This document shows, piece by piece, positions 9,847-18,563 of a DNA stretch of 64,000 bases. The position numbers and the translations under genes are program-made. Position 1 is the first letter of the stretch. Every line of letters starts with the position of its first letter. Source of the DNA: an uncultured Agrococcus sp. (GTDB lineage Bacteria > Actinomycetota > Actinomycetes > Actinomycetales > Microbacteriaceae); contig NZ_CAMEFJ010000006.1 of NCBI RefSeq assembly GCF_945915485.1, positions 918-64,917 on the forward strand. The letters are read 5' to 3'. The notes beneath the pieces were generated by a model. It was not told where the DNA came from, did no database searches, and worked only from the letters and a program-made list of their open reading frames with translations.

Positions 9847-11277
9847 CTACTCGACGATGCGGTGCAGGGCACGCGCCGCGTCGGCGATGGAGCCGGTGAG
9901 CGACGGATAGACGGGGAACGTCTTCGCGACCATGTCTACTGTGAGACGGTTCTCGAACGCGATGGCTAGCGGGTAGATCAATTCGCTCGCCTTGGGTGAG
10001 ACGATGACGCCGCCGATGACGGTGCCCGAGCCCTTGCGTGCGAAGAGCTTGACGAAGCCGTCCTCTATGCCCATCATCTTCGCGCGCGGATTCTGCGCAA
10101 GGTGCACGACGTGGATATCGCCGGACGCGATGCCTTCTTCGATGTCTTTCTGCATCCATCCGACCGTTGCGATCTCCGGCTGCGTGAAGATGTTGCTCGT
10201 GACTGCGCGTAGGCTGATCGGGTTCACGGCATCACCCATCGAGTGGTACATCGCAGTACGGCCCTGCATCGACGCCACGGATGCGAGGGGCAGCACGTTC
10301 GAGCAGTCGCCGACGGCGTAGATGTTCGGGCGATTGGTGCGCGCGACACGGTTGACTTCGATGTGCCCGCTCCCGGTCACCTTGACGCCGGCGGATTCGA
10401 GGCCGATGCCCTCCGTGTTCGGCACCGAACCGACGGCCATGAGGCAGTGGGAGCCTTCGACCGTGCTGCCGTCCGTGAGCGTCACCACGACGCCGTCCTC
10501 CGTGCGCTCCACGCTCTCGGCACGCGACTTCGACATCACGTTCATGCCCTGCCGCTTGAAGACTTCCTCGATCACGGTCGCTGCGTCGGCGTCTTCCCCC
10601 GGCAGCACGCGATCACGAGACGAAACCAGCGTCACCTTCGCGCCGATGTGCGAGTAGGCGCTGGCGAACTCCGCACCCGTAACGCCGGAGCCGACGACGA
10701 TGAGGTGCTCGGGCGTCTTCTCGAGCCCGTACAGCTGCTTCCATGTCAGGATGCGCTCGCCGTCGGGCATCGCGGACGGCAGCATCCGCGGGCTCGCGCC
10801 AACGGACACGATGATCGTGTCGGGCTCGAACTCGTCGAAATCGGTGCCGTCCGGCGCGGTCGAGACGACAACGCGCCGGTCGTCCTCGAGGCGTCCGTGG
10901 CCCTGCACGATCGTGACCCCGGCGGCCTGGAGTTCGGTCTTCATGTCCTCAGACTGCTGGGCAGCGAGCGACAGCAGGCGCTGGTTCACAGCACGCAGGT
11001 TCACCGCGACCTCGGGCTTGTGCGCGCGCCCGGCATCCCCACGGACGAAGAACTGCACACCGAGGGCGTTCGCATCCCGAATCGCCGCTGCGCTCTCCGC
11101 GGTCGCGATGAGCGATTTCGAGGGAACAACGTCGGTCAAGACCGCTGATCCTCCTACGCCTACTCGCTCGATGAGCGTGACGTCGGCTCCGAGCTGCGCG
11201 CCCGCTAGGGCCGCTTCCGCTCCGCCGGGTCCTCCGCCGATGACAACTACCTTTTGGGCGCCTTGGGTTCCGTTCAC
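9847..11277 (-). CDS. lpdA: NAD(P)H-quinone dehydrogenase (LpdA-type flavoprotein disulfide reductase family)
   Basis: VIGGGPGG FAD motif, GGSAVLTDVVPSK, VGSGVTGAEFA, VYPSL C-terminus; accA3-lpdA-punA synteny; start set at GTG 11277. Confidence 0.88.
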   Translation of the reverse strand: MNGTQGAQKVVVIGGGPGGAEAALAGAQLGADVTLIERVGVGGSAVLTDVVPSKSLIATAESAAAIRDANALGVQFFVRGDAGRAHKPEVAVNLRAVNQRLLSLAAQQSEDMKTELQAAGVTIVQGHGRLEDDRRVVVSTAPDGTDFDEFEPDTIIVSVGASPRMLPSAMPDGERILTWKQLYGLEKTPEHLIVVGSGVTGAEFASAYSHIGAKVTLVSSRDRVLPGEDADAATVIEEVFKRQGMNVMSKSRAESVERTEDGVVVTLTDGSTVEGSHCLMAVGSVPNTEGIGLESAGVKVTGSGHIEVNRVARTNRPNIYAVGDCSNVLPLASVASMQGRTAMYHSMGDAVNPISLRAVTSNIFTQPEIATVGWMQKDIEEGIASGDIHVVHLAQNPRAKMMGIEDGFVKLFARKGSGTVIGGVIVSPKASELIYPLAIAFENRLTVDMVAKTFPVYPSLTGSIADAARALHRIVE

Positions 11278-11305
11278 ACATCCATTTTGCCGTACGTTAG
11301 GGGGC

Positions 11306-12130
11306 ATGGCTTCCAGAAAAGACGAGAACCCGTTCGCACTGGCGCAGCGGGCAGCAAAAGACATCGCCAATCTCACCGGTGTCACGGAGCACGACATCGC
11401 TCTGACGCTCGGATCCGGCTGGGCGCAGGCTGCCGATCTCATCGGTGAGACGACGCACGAATTCGATGCGACGGCAGTGACCGGATTCTCGAAACCAGCG
11501 CTCGCGGGGCACGTCGGCACGATCCGCTCCATCCTGATCCCGGATGGCCGCCGCGCGCTGGTCATCGGCGCTCGCACGCACTACTACGAGGGTCGCGGGG
11601 TACGCTCCGTCGTGCATTCCGTCCGCACGGCAGCAGCGACCGGAGCGAAGATCATGATTCTCACGAACGGAGCGGGCGGCATCAAACGCCACTGGCGGCC
11701 AGGACAGCCGGTACTCATCAGCGATCACATCAACCTGACAGCGAATTCGCCGCTCGAAGGGGCTACGTTCGTCGACCTCACCGACCTGTACTCGGCGAGG
11801 CTGCGGTCGATCGCACGCGAAGTCGATCCGTCGCTCGACGAAGGCGTGTACGTCCAGTTCCGCGGCCCCCACTACGAGACACCGGCCGAGGTGAATATGG
11901 CCGAGAAGATCGGTGGCGACATCGTGGGCATGTCGACCTCGCTCGAGGCGATCGCCGCCCGCGAAGCCGGCATGGAGATCCTCGGGCTGAGCCTCATTAC
12001 GAACCTCGCAGCCGGCATTCAGGAGACACCGCTTTCGCACGCGGAGGTCGTCGAGGCCGGCAAAGAAGCCGAGTCGGTGATCTCGAAACTGCTCGCGGAT
12101 GTCGTCGAAGCCATCGGAACACGCGCATGA
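11306..12130 (+). CDS. punA: Purine-nucleoside phosphorylase
   Basis: LGSGW, RTHYYEG, LTNGAGG, GPHYETPAE, VGMST, TNLAAG. Confidence 0.95.
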   Translation: MASRKDENPFALAQRAAKDIANLTGVTEHDIALTLGSGWAQAADLIGETTHEFDATAVTGFSKPALAGHVGTIRSILIPDGRRALVIGARTHYYEGRGVRSVVHSVRTAAATGAKIMILTNGAGGIKRHWRPGQPVLISDHINLTANSPLEGATFVDLTDLYSARLRSIAREVDPSLDEGVYVQFRGPHYETPAEVNMAEKIGGDIVGMSTSLEAIAAREAGMEILGLSLITNLAAGIQETPLSHAEVVEAGKEAESVISKLLADVVEAIGTRA

Positions 12131-13752
12131 CCCTCATCGACACCGCGAAGGCGTGGCTCGCTCAAGATCCCGACGACGCGACCCGCGTGGAACTCGAGCG
12201 GCACATCGCCGCTGCAGAGCGCGGGGATGCGGTAGCGCTCGAAGCCGCTTTCGCTGGCCCCCTCGAGTTCGGGACAGCTGGCCTGCGCGGCCAGCTCGGG
12301 TCGGGCCCCGCCAGGATGAATCGCGTCTCGGTCGGCCAGGCCGCAGCGGGGCTCGCGGCATTCCTGTTGAGCCGTGAAGAGCATCCCAGTGTCGTGATCG
12401 GCTTTGACGGCCGCGAGAATTCGGACGTCTTCGCCCGCGACACGGCCGAGATCATGGCAGGAGCGGGCGTGCGCGCAATGCTGCTGCCGACGCTCTCGCC
12501 GACTCCCGTGACGGCGTTCGCGGTGCGGGAACTCGACGCTTCAGCGGGCGTCATGGTCACCGCGAGCCACAACCCGCCGCGCGACAACGGCTTCAAGGTG
12601 TATCTGGGCGGCGAGGATGCCGGCAGCCAGATCGTCTCCCCCGTAGACGCGCAGATCGCGGCGCAGATCGCGGCCATAGCAGCCTCGACGACGTTCTCCG
12701 AGTTGCCGAAGGGCACGTTCGAGACGCTCGACGAAAGCGTCCACGATCGTTACATCTCCGCGACCGCCGGGCTCGGCGAGCAGCGCGAGAGCAGCACCGT
12801 CGTCTATACGGCGATGCACGGCGTCGGGTGGGCGACGGTCGAGCGCGTGGTCGAGGAAGCGGGTTTCGCACCGCTCGTGCCGGTCGAGGCGCAGCAGCAC
12901 CCGGATGCGAAGTTCCCGACCGTCGACTTCCCGAACCCGGAGGAGCCGGGTGCGCTCGATCTGGCGATCGCAACGGCGGATCGCGTCGGCGCCAAGCTCA
13001 TCATCGCCAACGACCCCGACGCGGATCGGCTGTCGATCTGCGTGCCCGTCGACGGCGGTTGGCAGCAGCTCACCGGCAACGAGGTAGGGCTCGTCCTCGG
13101 CTGGGATGCCGCCCATCGTGCTCGCGAGGAGGGCACAGAGGGCACACTGGCAGCGTCCATCGTCTCTTCACCTGGGCTCGAGGCGATCGCCAAGCACTTC
13201 GATCTCGGATACGCATCCACGCTCACCGGCTTCAAGTGGGTCTCGCGCGTCGAGGGCCTCATCTACGGTTACGAGGAGGCGCTCGGCTACCTCGTCAACC
13301 CGGAGACCGTGCGCGATAAGGACGGCATCTCGGCGCTCGTGCGCATCCTCTCGATCCACAGCGCGCTGCGTGCTGAAGGGCTGACGCTGCTGGACATGCT
13401 CGCTGCCATCACCGACGCTGTCGGCGCCTTCGCCTCCGGTCAGGTCTCCGTGCGCGTGACGGATCTCGCGCGCATTCCGGCGATGATGGAGAGTCTCCGC
13501 ACGGCACCGCCGCAGGAGCTCGGCGGCGTCGCCGTCACCGCGGCCGACGATCTGCGGCAGCCGGAGCACGGCAGCATCGGCAACATCCTGCGGCTGACGC
13601 TCGCGGACGGCTCACGCGTCATGGTGCGACCGAGCGGGACAGAACCGAAGGTGAAGGCCTACATCGATACCTTCAATGCCGACGGGGATGCGGATGCAGC
13701 ACGCGCGCAGGTGGGCGTCTACGCGGATGCGCTGCGGCAGTTGATCGTCTAG
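12127..13752 (+). CDS. Phospho-sugar mutase (phosphomannomutase/phosphopentomutase family)
   Basis: FGTAGLRG, TASHNP phosphoserine loop, NDPDADR metal loop, YEEALG, RPSGTEPK; ATGA overlap with punA. Confidence 0.93.
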   Translation: MTLIDTAKAWLAQDPDDATRVELERHIAAAERGDAVALEAAFAGPLEFGTAGLRGQLGSGPARMNRVSVGQAAAGLAAFLLSREEHPSVVIGFDGRENSDVFARDTAEIMAGAGVRAMLLPTLSPTPVTAFAVRELDASAGVMVTASHNPPRDNGFKVYLGGEDAGSQIVSPVDAQIAAQIAAIAASTTFSELPKGTFETLDESVHDRYISATAGLGEQRESSTVVYTAMHGVGWATVERVVEEAGFAPLVPVEAQQHPDAKFPTVDFPNPEEPGALDLAIATADRVGAKLIIANDPDADRLSICVPVDGGWQQLTGNEVGLVLGWDAAHRAREEGTEGTLAASIVSSPGLEAIAKHFDLGYASTLTGFKWVSRVEGLIYGYEEALGYLVNPETVRDKDGISALVRILSIHSALRAEGLTLLDMLAAITDAVGAFASGQVSVRVTDLARIPAMMESLRTAPPQELGGVAVTAADDLRQPEHGSIGNILRLTLADGSRVMVRPSGTEPKVKAYIDTFNADGDADAARAQVGVYADALRQLIV

Positions 13753-13813
13753 CCCCGGCCGGCTTCGTTACTAGATTTGCACGATTCTCGTAACGAGATC
13801 TGCGCAATTCTCG

Positions 13814-14272
13814 CTATGCAGTCCCCACACGCGCACGCAGAGCACGCAACGCAGCGTCCTTACCGGACGCCGCGATGAGCTCATCGACCGCGCCCTGACG
13901 ATCCAGTGCATTCGCGAGCGCGGCGAGCATCGTGATGTGCTGCTTCGCCGTCTTCGCTGCGATGGCGATGACGACTCGCACCGGGTCGTTGTAGGGGTGG
14001 CCGAACGTGACCGGCTCGTCCAGCACGACGACGGCCATCCCACTCTGGCGCACGAGCGACCCCGCATTCGAGTGCGGAACCGCGACGTGCGGCGCTACGA
14101 CGCAGTACGGCCCCGAGTTCTCGATCAGCTGCACCATTTCGTCGATGTACGCCGGCCCGACGGCGGCGGCGTTGACGAGGTCGAGCCCCGCGGCACGCAC
14201 TGCGTCGCGCCAGGACTCCGCGCTGACGCCGGAGGCGAACGTGGCAGTTTCTACGCGAACTTCCGCGTTCAT
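13814..14272 (-). CDS. PTS IIA component (fructose/mannitol/ascorbate type)
   Basis: SWRDAVRAAG, GPYCVVAPHVAVPH, VTFGHPYNDPV. Confidence 0.9.
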   Translation of the reverse strand: MNAEVRVETATFASGVSAESWRDAVRAAGLDLVNAAAVGPAYIDEMVQLIENSGPYCVVAPHVAVPHSNAGSLVRQSGMAVVVLDEPVTFGHPYNDPVRVVIAIAAKTAKQHITMLAALANALDRQGAVDELIAASGKDAALRALRARVGTA

Positions 14273-15378
14273 GACACCTCTGCGAATCCGTCTTCGATGA
14301 CGTCGGCGAGTTCCTCTCGCTCATCCACCGGCAAGAAAGCTCCCTCTGCAGCGTTCAACTGGAAGGTCTCGTGGTCGTCGAGGTTGTAGCCGAACGCGTC
14401 GGTCAGCAGCGCGAGTTCATCAGACAGGGTCGTGTTGCTCTGCAGACGGTTGTCGGTGTTGACCGTCACTGCGAAACCGAGCTGATAGAGCAGATCGAAC
14501 GGGTGATCCTCGACCTCCTCACCCCACGCTTCTATCGTGCCGGTCTGCAGGTTCGACGAGATGGAGAGCTCGAGCGGGATGCGGCGATCCTTCACCCACT
14601 CCGCCAACTGCCCCATGACGACCTGGAAGGCGTCCCCGCGCTCGTCGAGCACTTCGATGTCCTCGGCGATTCTGGCCCCGTGACCGAGCCGCAGCGCGCG
14701 ACCGGTGATGAGGGCATCCCGGATCGATGCGAGCCCCGCACCCTCGCCTGCGTGCACCGTGACGGGCATGAACTCCTCGGCGAGATACTGGAACGCCGCT
14801 GCGTGCGAAGACGGCGGGAAGCCTTCTTCCGGCCCAGCGATGTCGAAGCCCGCGACACCGTTCATGCGGTTGCGGACGGCGAGCTCGGCGATGTCGGTCG
14901 CCGCAGAGTTCTGCCGCATAGCGCAGAGCAGCTGCTGCACGCGGATGTCGTGTCCGCGGTCGCGCGCCTCCTCGGTTCCGGCACGCAGTCCGGCACGCAC
15001 CGCTCCCACGGCCTCGTCGAGCGACAGGGTGCCGCCGAGGTGCTGTTCGGGGGCCCAACGCACCTCACCGTAGACGACGCCGTCATCGACGAGGTCGAGC
15101 ACGTAGTCGCGCGCCGCCCGTTCGAGCGCTGCGCTCGTCTGCAGCACGGCTGTCGTGAGGTCGAACGTCTCAAGATACGTGGGCAGCGAGCCAGAGTTCG
15201 CAGCGTCCGCGAACCAGTCGGCGAGATCATCCGGGTCTTCCGCCGGCAGGTCGATGCCCTCGGATTCCGCGAGTTCGATGATCGTCTCGGTTCGCAGTGC
15301 CCCGTCGAGGTGGTCGTGCAGACTGACTTTCGGCAGCGTCACGATGTCGACGTCGTCGTTCATGTACTCATCGACCAT
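14269..15378 (-). CDS. add: Adenosine deaminase
   Basis: LHDHLDG, GFDIAGPE, VHAGE, RLGHG, NTDNRL; GGAGG SD before ATG 15378. Confidence 0.95.
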   Translation of the reverse strand: MVDEYMNDDVDIVTLPKVSLHDHLDGALRTETIIELAESEGIDLPAEDPDDLADWFADAANSGSLPTYLETFDLTTAVLQTSAALERAARDYVLDLVDDGVVYGEVRWAPEQHLGGTLSLDEAVGAVRAGLRAGTEEARDRGHDIRVQQLLCAMRQNSAATDIAELAVRNRMNGVAGFDIAGPEEGFPPSSHAAAFQYLAEEFMPVTVHAGEGAGLASIRDALITGRALRLGHGARIAEDIEVLDERGDAFQVVMGQLAEWVKDRRIPLELSISSNLQTGTIEAWGEEVEDHPFDLLYQLGFAVTVNTDNRLQSNTTLSDELALLTDAFGYNLDDHETFQLNAAEGAFLPVDEREELADVIEDGFAEVS

Positions 15379-15492
15379 GATGCTGCCTCCACTGAACTGG
15401 TACGGATGCCATTGTATGCCTTCGCCGCTATGCAACGGCAGTGCAAATGGTGTGACGGCACACTTCGTTCTCCGTCCCGTATACGCGGCAGT

Positions 15493-15975
15493 TCAGCCGC
15501 GCGGAAACCTGACGGCCATGACGTCGTGCACTTTGCCGGTTGCGAAGACCGTGAGCCCCGAAACCGGCACCCCGACGCCCAGCACGATCAGCGAGATCAG
15601 CAACCACCACTGCACCTCGGAGCCGCTGACGACGGTGAACCACCCTGCCGCAGCGAGTGGCCCGGCGACGGCCAGCAGCAGGGATGCTCCTCCCGCGAAT
15701 CGGGTCGCCGCACGTTTCTGCTCCTCGTCGTCGGAGTGTTTTCGCACGACCCCCCAGGTGACTAACGCGACGAGAACACCGGCAAGGACTCCCGCACCGA
15801 GCGCAGCGGGGCCGACGAGCACGATGAAGGTGCCGAGGATTCCGAAACCGGACGTGATCAAGCCGAGCACTTCGAGCATGACCACCGTGATGAGACCAGC
15901 GAGGACGCCCCACAGCGCGCCCCTGATGACCAGGAACAGCGATCTCGAGTCATTGCCGTACCGGTCGCGCGTCAC
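15493..15975 (-). CDS. Hypothetical 4-TM membrane protein
   Basis: 160 aa, four hydrophobic segments; resembles 21690-22214. Confidence 0.65.
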   Translation of the reverse strand: MTRDRYGNDSRSLFLVIRGALWGVLAGLITVVMLEVLGLITSGFGILGTFIVLVGPAALGAGVLAGVLVALVTWGVVRKHSDDEEQKRAATRFAGGASLLLAVAGPLAAAGWFTVVSGSEVQWWLLISLIVLGVGVPVSGLTVFATGKVHDVMAVRFPRG

Positions 15976-15984
15976 GGCACCAGT

Positions 15985-16887
15985 CTACGGGCGCTTGATA
16001 CGTCGTGCCGCGTCACCATACCCGGTTCGCCAGATGTAGGCGGTTGCCGTAACGACTGCGAGCACTGCTGCGACCGCCCACCACGGGAATCCGGGGATCT
16101 CCGGGTCGGCGCCCGCGCCCTCGATATCCTCAATCGGCGTTGGCGTGACCCGTTCCCCTGTGACGAGAATCCGGTGACTGTTGATCCCGAGCGGAGTGCA
16201 GGTGATGAACGTGACGAGGTCGCTGTCGGGTTGCGCTCGCAGCGTGTCGGTTTCGTGCGGCTCGACCACCCGGATCTCCCGCACCTCGTAGGTGAGGACC
16301 TCGTCGAGCACTTCGATCGTGAATCGATCACCGACCTCGACGCGATCGAGGTTCGAGAACATGGTGGCGTTCGCCAATCCTCGATGTGCGGTGATCACGG
16401 AATGCGTTCCGGTACCGCCGACGGGAAGGTGGGAGCCTTCCAGGTGCCCGGCGCCACGATCCAGCACTTCGTCGCTGGTGCCGTGATAGACAGGCAGATC
16501 CACGTCGATGGACGGGATGCGCACGCGAGCCATGAGGCCGGCAGAACCCGCGGAGAGCATCTCGTCGTAGACGAGCGTCTCGTCCTGGAGCGTGCCGCTG
16601 CCTGTCGCGATGTTCGCGTTCGCTTCGATGTCCACGCCCGCGAGCAATGCGTCGTTGTACTCGTGCGCGAGCCGAAGCTGTTCAGCGGCTCCGGGGTCGG
16701 CCTCGGCGACGCTCTGCGAGTAGTCGCCGATCAGCTGCGACTGGTTGTACGACGAAAGCCATGACGCTGTTGAGGGGTAGAACAGGATGCCGACTCCGGT
16801 GAGCATGACGAGCGCAATGGTCACCGTGAGTGCACTCGGTCTCCACGGCCGACGCGTGCGGCGAGGTGAAACCCTGGTTGCTGTCAC
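15985..16887 (-). CDS. srtC: Class C (pilus-polymerising) sortase
   Basis: N-terminal TM, HLEGSHLPVGG, ITAHRGL, LVTFITCTPLGINSHRILV, C-terminal TM; start set at GTG 16887. Confidence 0.93.
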   Translation of the reverse strand: MTATRVSPRRTRRPWRPSALTVTIALVMLTGVGILFYPSTASWLSSYNQSQLIGDYSQSVAEADPGAAEQLRLAHEYNDALLAGVDIEANANIATGSGTLQDETLVYDEMLSAGSAGLMARVRIPSIDVDLPVYHGTSDEVLDRGAGHLEGSHLPVGGTGTHSVITAHRGLANATMFSNLDRVEVGDRFTIEVLDEVLTYEVREIRVVEPHETDTLRAQPDSDLVTFITCTPLGINSHRILVTGERVTPTPIEDIEGAGADPEIPGFPWWAVAAVLAVVTATAYIWRTGYGDAARRIKRP

Positions 16888-16922
16888 GACTCTCCCGTTG
16901 GTCGGATCTTTGCCGCTCAGTC

Positions 16923-16967
16923 TGAAGGTGATGACCGGAGCGGGGGTACTTCCGGCCATCACCTTCA
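16923..16967 (-). terminator. Hairpin downstream of major pilin gene
   Basis: TGAAGGTGATG ... CATCACCTTCA arms between pilin and sortase genes. Confidence 0.6.
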
Positions 16968-17020
16968 ATTCGACGGCTGCTCGGGAGGGCGCGGGTTCAC
17001 AACCTACGCCCTCCCTTGTG

Positions 17021-18460
17021 CTACTGCTGGAGAGCAGCCTTGCGGCGGTTGTACATCACGAGCCCGATGGCGATCGCCAGCAGTGCGATACCGCCGATGA
17101 TCAGCAGCAGCTGACCGGCAGCACCGGTGAGCGGCAGTGCCGGGACGGACTGCTGCGTGTTCTCGACCTCGACACGTGCGGTAGAGGCCTCCGTGGTCTC
17201 ACCCGCGACGACCGTGACCTCGATGGAGCCCGTCAGCTGCGTGTAGCCTGCGGGTGCCTGCGTCTCGACAAGGTAGTAGGTGCCGGTCTTCAGACCCGGA
17301 ATCGTGACGGTGCCGTCCGCTCCCGTTGTGAAGTCGGTGGTTGCCGTGCCGTTCACGTCGACCGAGACCGGGCTGCCGCTGCCTTCAGGATTGGTGAACA
17401 CCTGGAAGGTCGCGCCCTCCAGCGTCGCCTCGGTAGCGGCGTCGATCTTCGTGATGATGACCTGACCCCAGGGCGTGAAGACCTCGCCGGTCTCGTAGTC
17501 GACGCCGCCGACGTTGACGATGGCGTCGTTCGGGATCTCACCGATTCCGATGACCTCTGTGGTGAACGCGAACGTCACGACGGCTCCCGCGTTGAGGGAG
17601 TTGAGGTGGTCGAGCCCATCCTGCGTGAATGCAACGGTCAACGTACCTCCGACACCGCCGGGGTGCTGCGCTTCGAAGAAGTCGGAGGAGACTGCGACAC
17701 CGTCGATCTCGACGACGACAGAGTCGGCGACGTACTCGAGGCGGTCATCCAGGTTGTCGGTGAGGCCGAACTCGGTCAGCGGCTCACCGGAGCCGACACC
17801 GATCGGCGGTGCGGTTACCGTCCAGGTCACTTCGTCGCCGGCGCCGATCGCATCGGTGTCGTCGACTTCCTTGGTCGCGACGCCCTCGATGACGTTCTTG
17901 GGGTACACGTGCACGTCGTAGTTCCAGCCCTGATCGCCGGTTGGCATCGGCAGTGTCACGAGGAACGGCTGTGCCGGTGCCGTGATGTTGTGGCCTCCTG
18001 CATCGGTTTCCTCGACTAGATACAGACCGACCGGCAGATTCGTCGAAACGCTGCCGTCAGCACCTGTAGTCACCGGAACACCTGTCCCGAGCGTAAAGTC
18101 ATCCGGGTTCGGCGGTGTGGTGTCGTAGTCCGCGATGGCGTCCCAGCTGTCAGGATTCGTGAGATCGATCTGGTCGGATCCGATGGCAGTGACAGGTGTG
18201 ACGGTGAACTGTACGCCCTCGAGCGGTGCGCGTTCCGGGTCGGTTGGCAGCTGTGTGCCGTCGTGCGCATCCGTCGTGACAGGCGTGCCGGCGTACTTGT
18301 GGATCGTCAGCGAGCCTTCGGTGGGAGCGCCCGGCTGGCCGGGTGCGGAATTGTCGCTCTGCGCGTTGGCTGCTCCGGCTCCGGCGAAGCCGAGAGCCGC
18401 GATGGCAACCGCTGCGAGGGAGGCCGTGAGTCGCCTCGTGCCGCGGGATTGCAGTTTCAT
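17021..18460 (-). CDS. Major (shaft) pilin, SpaH/FimA type
   Basis: Signal peptide, pilin motif VHVYPKN, E-box YYLVETQAPAGY, LPLTG + TM + basic tail. Confidence 0.93.
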   Translation of the reverse strand: MKLQSRGTRRLTASLAAVAIAALGFAGAGAANAQSDNSAPGQPGAPTEGSLTIHKYAGTPVTTDAHDGTQLPTDPERAPLEGVQFTVTPVTAIGSDQIDLTNPDSWDAIADYDTTPPNPDDFTLGTGVPVTTGADGSVSTNLPVGLYLVEETDAGGHNITAPAQPFLVTLPMPTGDQGWNYDVHVYPKNVIEGVATKEVDDTDAIGAGDEVTWTVTAPPIGVGSGEPLTEFGLTDNLDDRLEYVADSVVVEIDGVAVSSDFFEAQHPGGVGGTLTVAFTQDGLDHLNSLNAGAVVTFAFTTEVIGIGEIPNDAIVNVGGVDYETGEVFTPWGQVIITKIDAATEATLEGATFQVFTNPEGSGSPVSVDVNGTATTDFTTGADGTVTIPGLKTGTYYLVETQAPAGYTQLTGSIEVTVVAGETTEASTARVEVENTQQSVPALPLTGAAGQLLLIIGGIALLAIAIGLVMYNRRKAALQQ

Positions 18461-18563
18461 GATGTGCTGTTTCCTTTCTTGCTCCCTTCGACATCGTCGG
18501 GAGTGTGCTGTGTGGGTAAAGCGAAGTGAGTAGTCGTCAGTGCAGTTTGGTCCGCGCCCGGGA

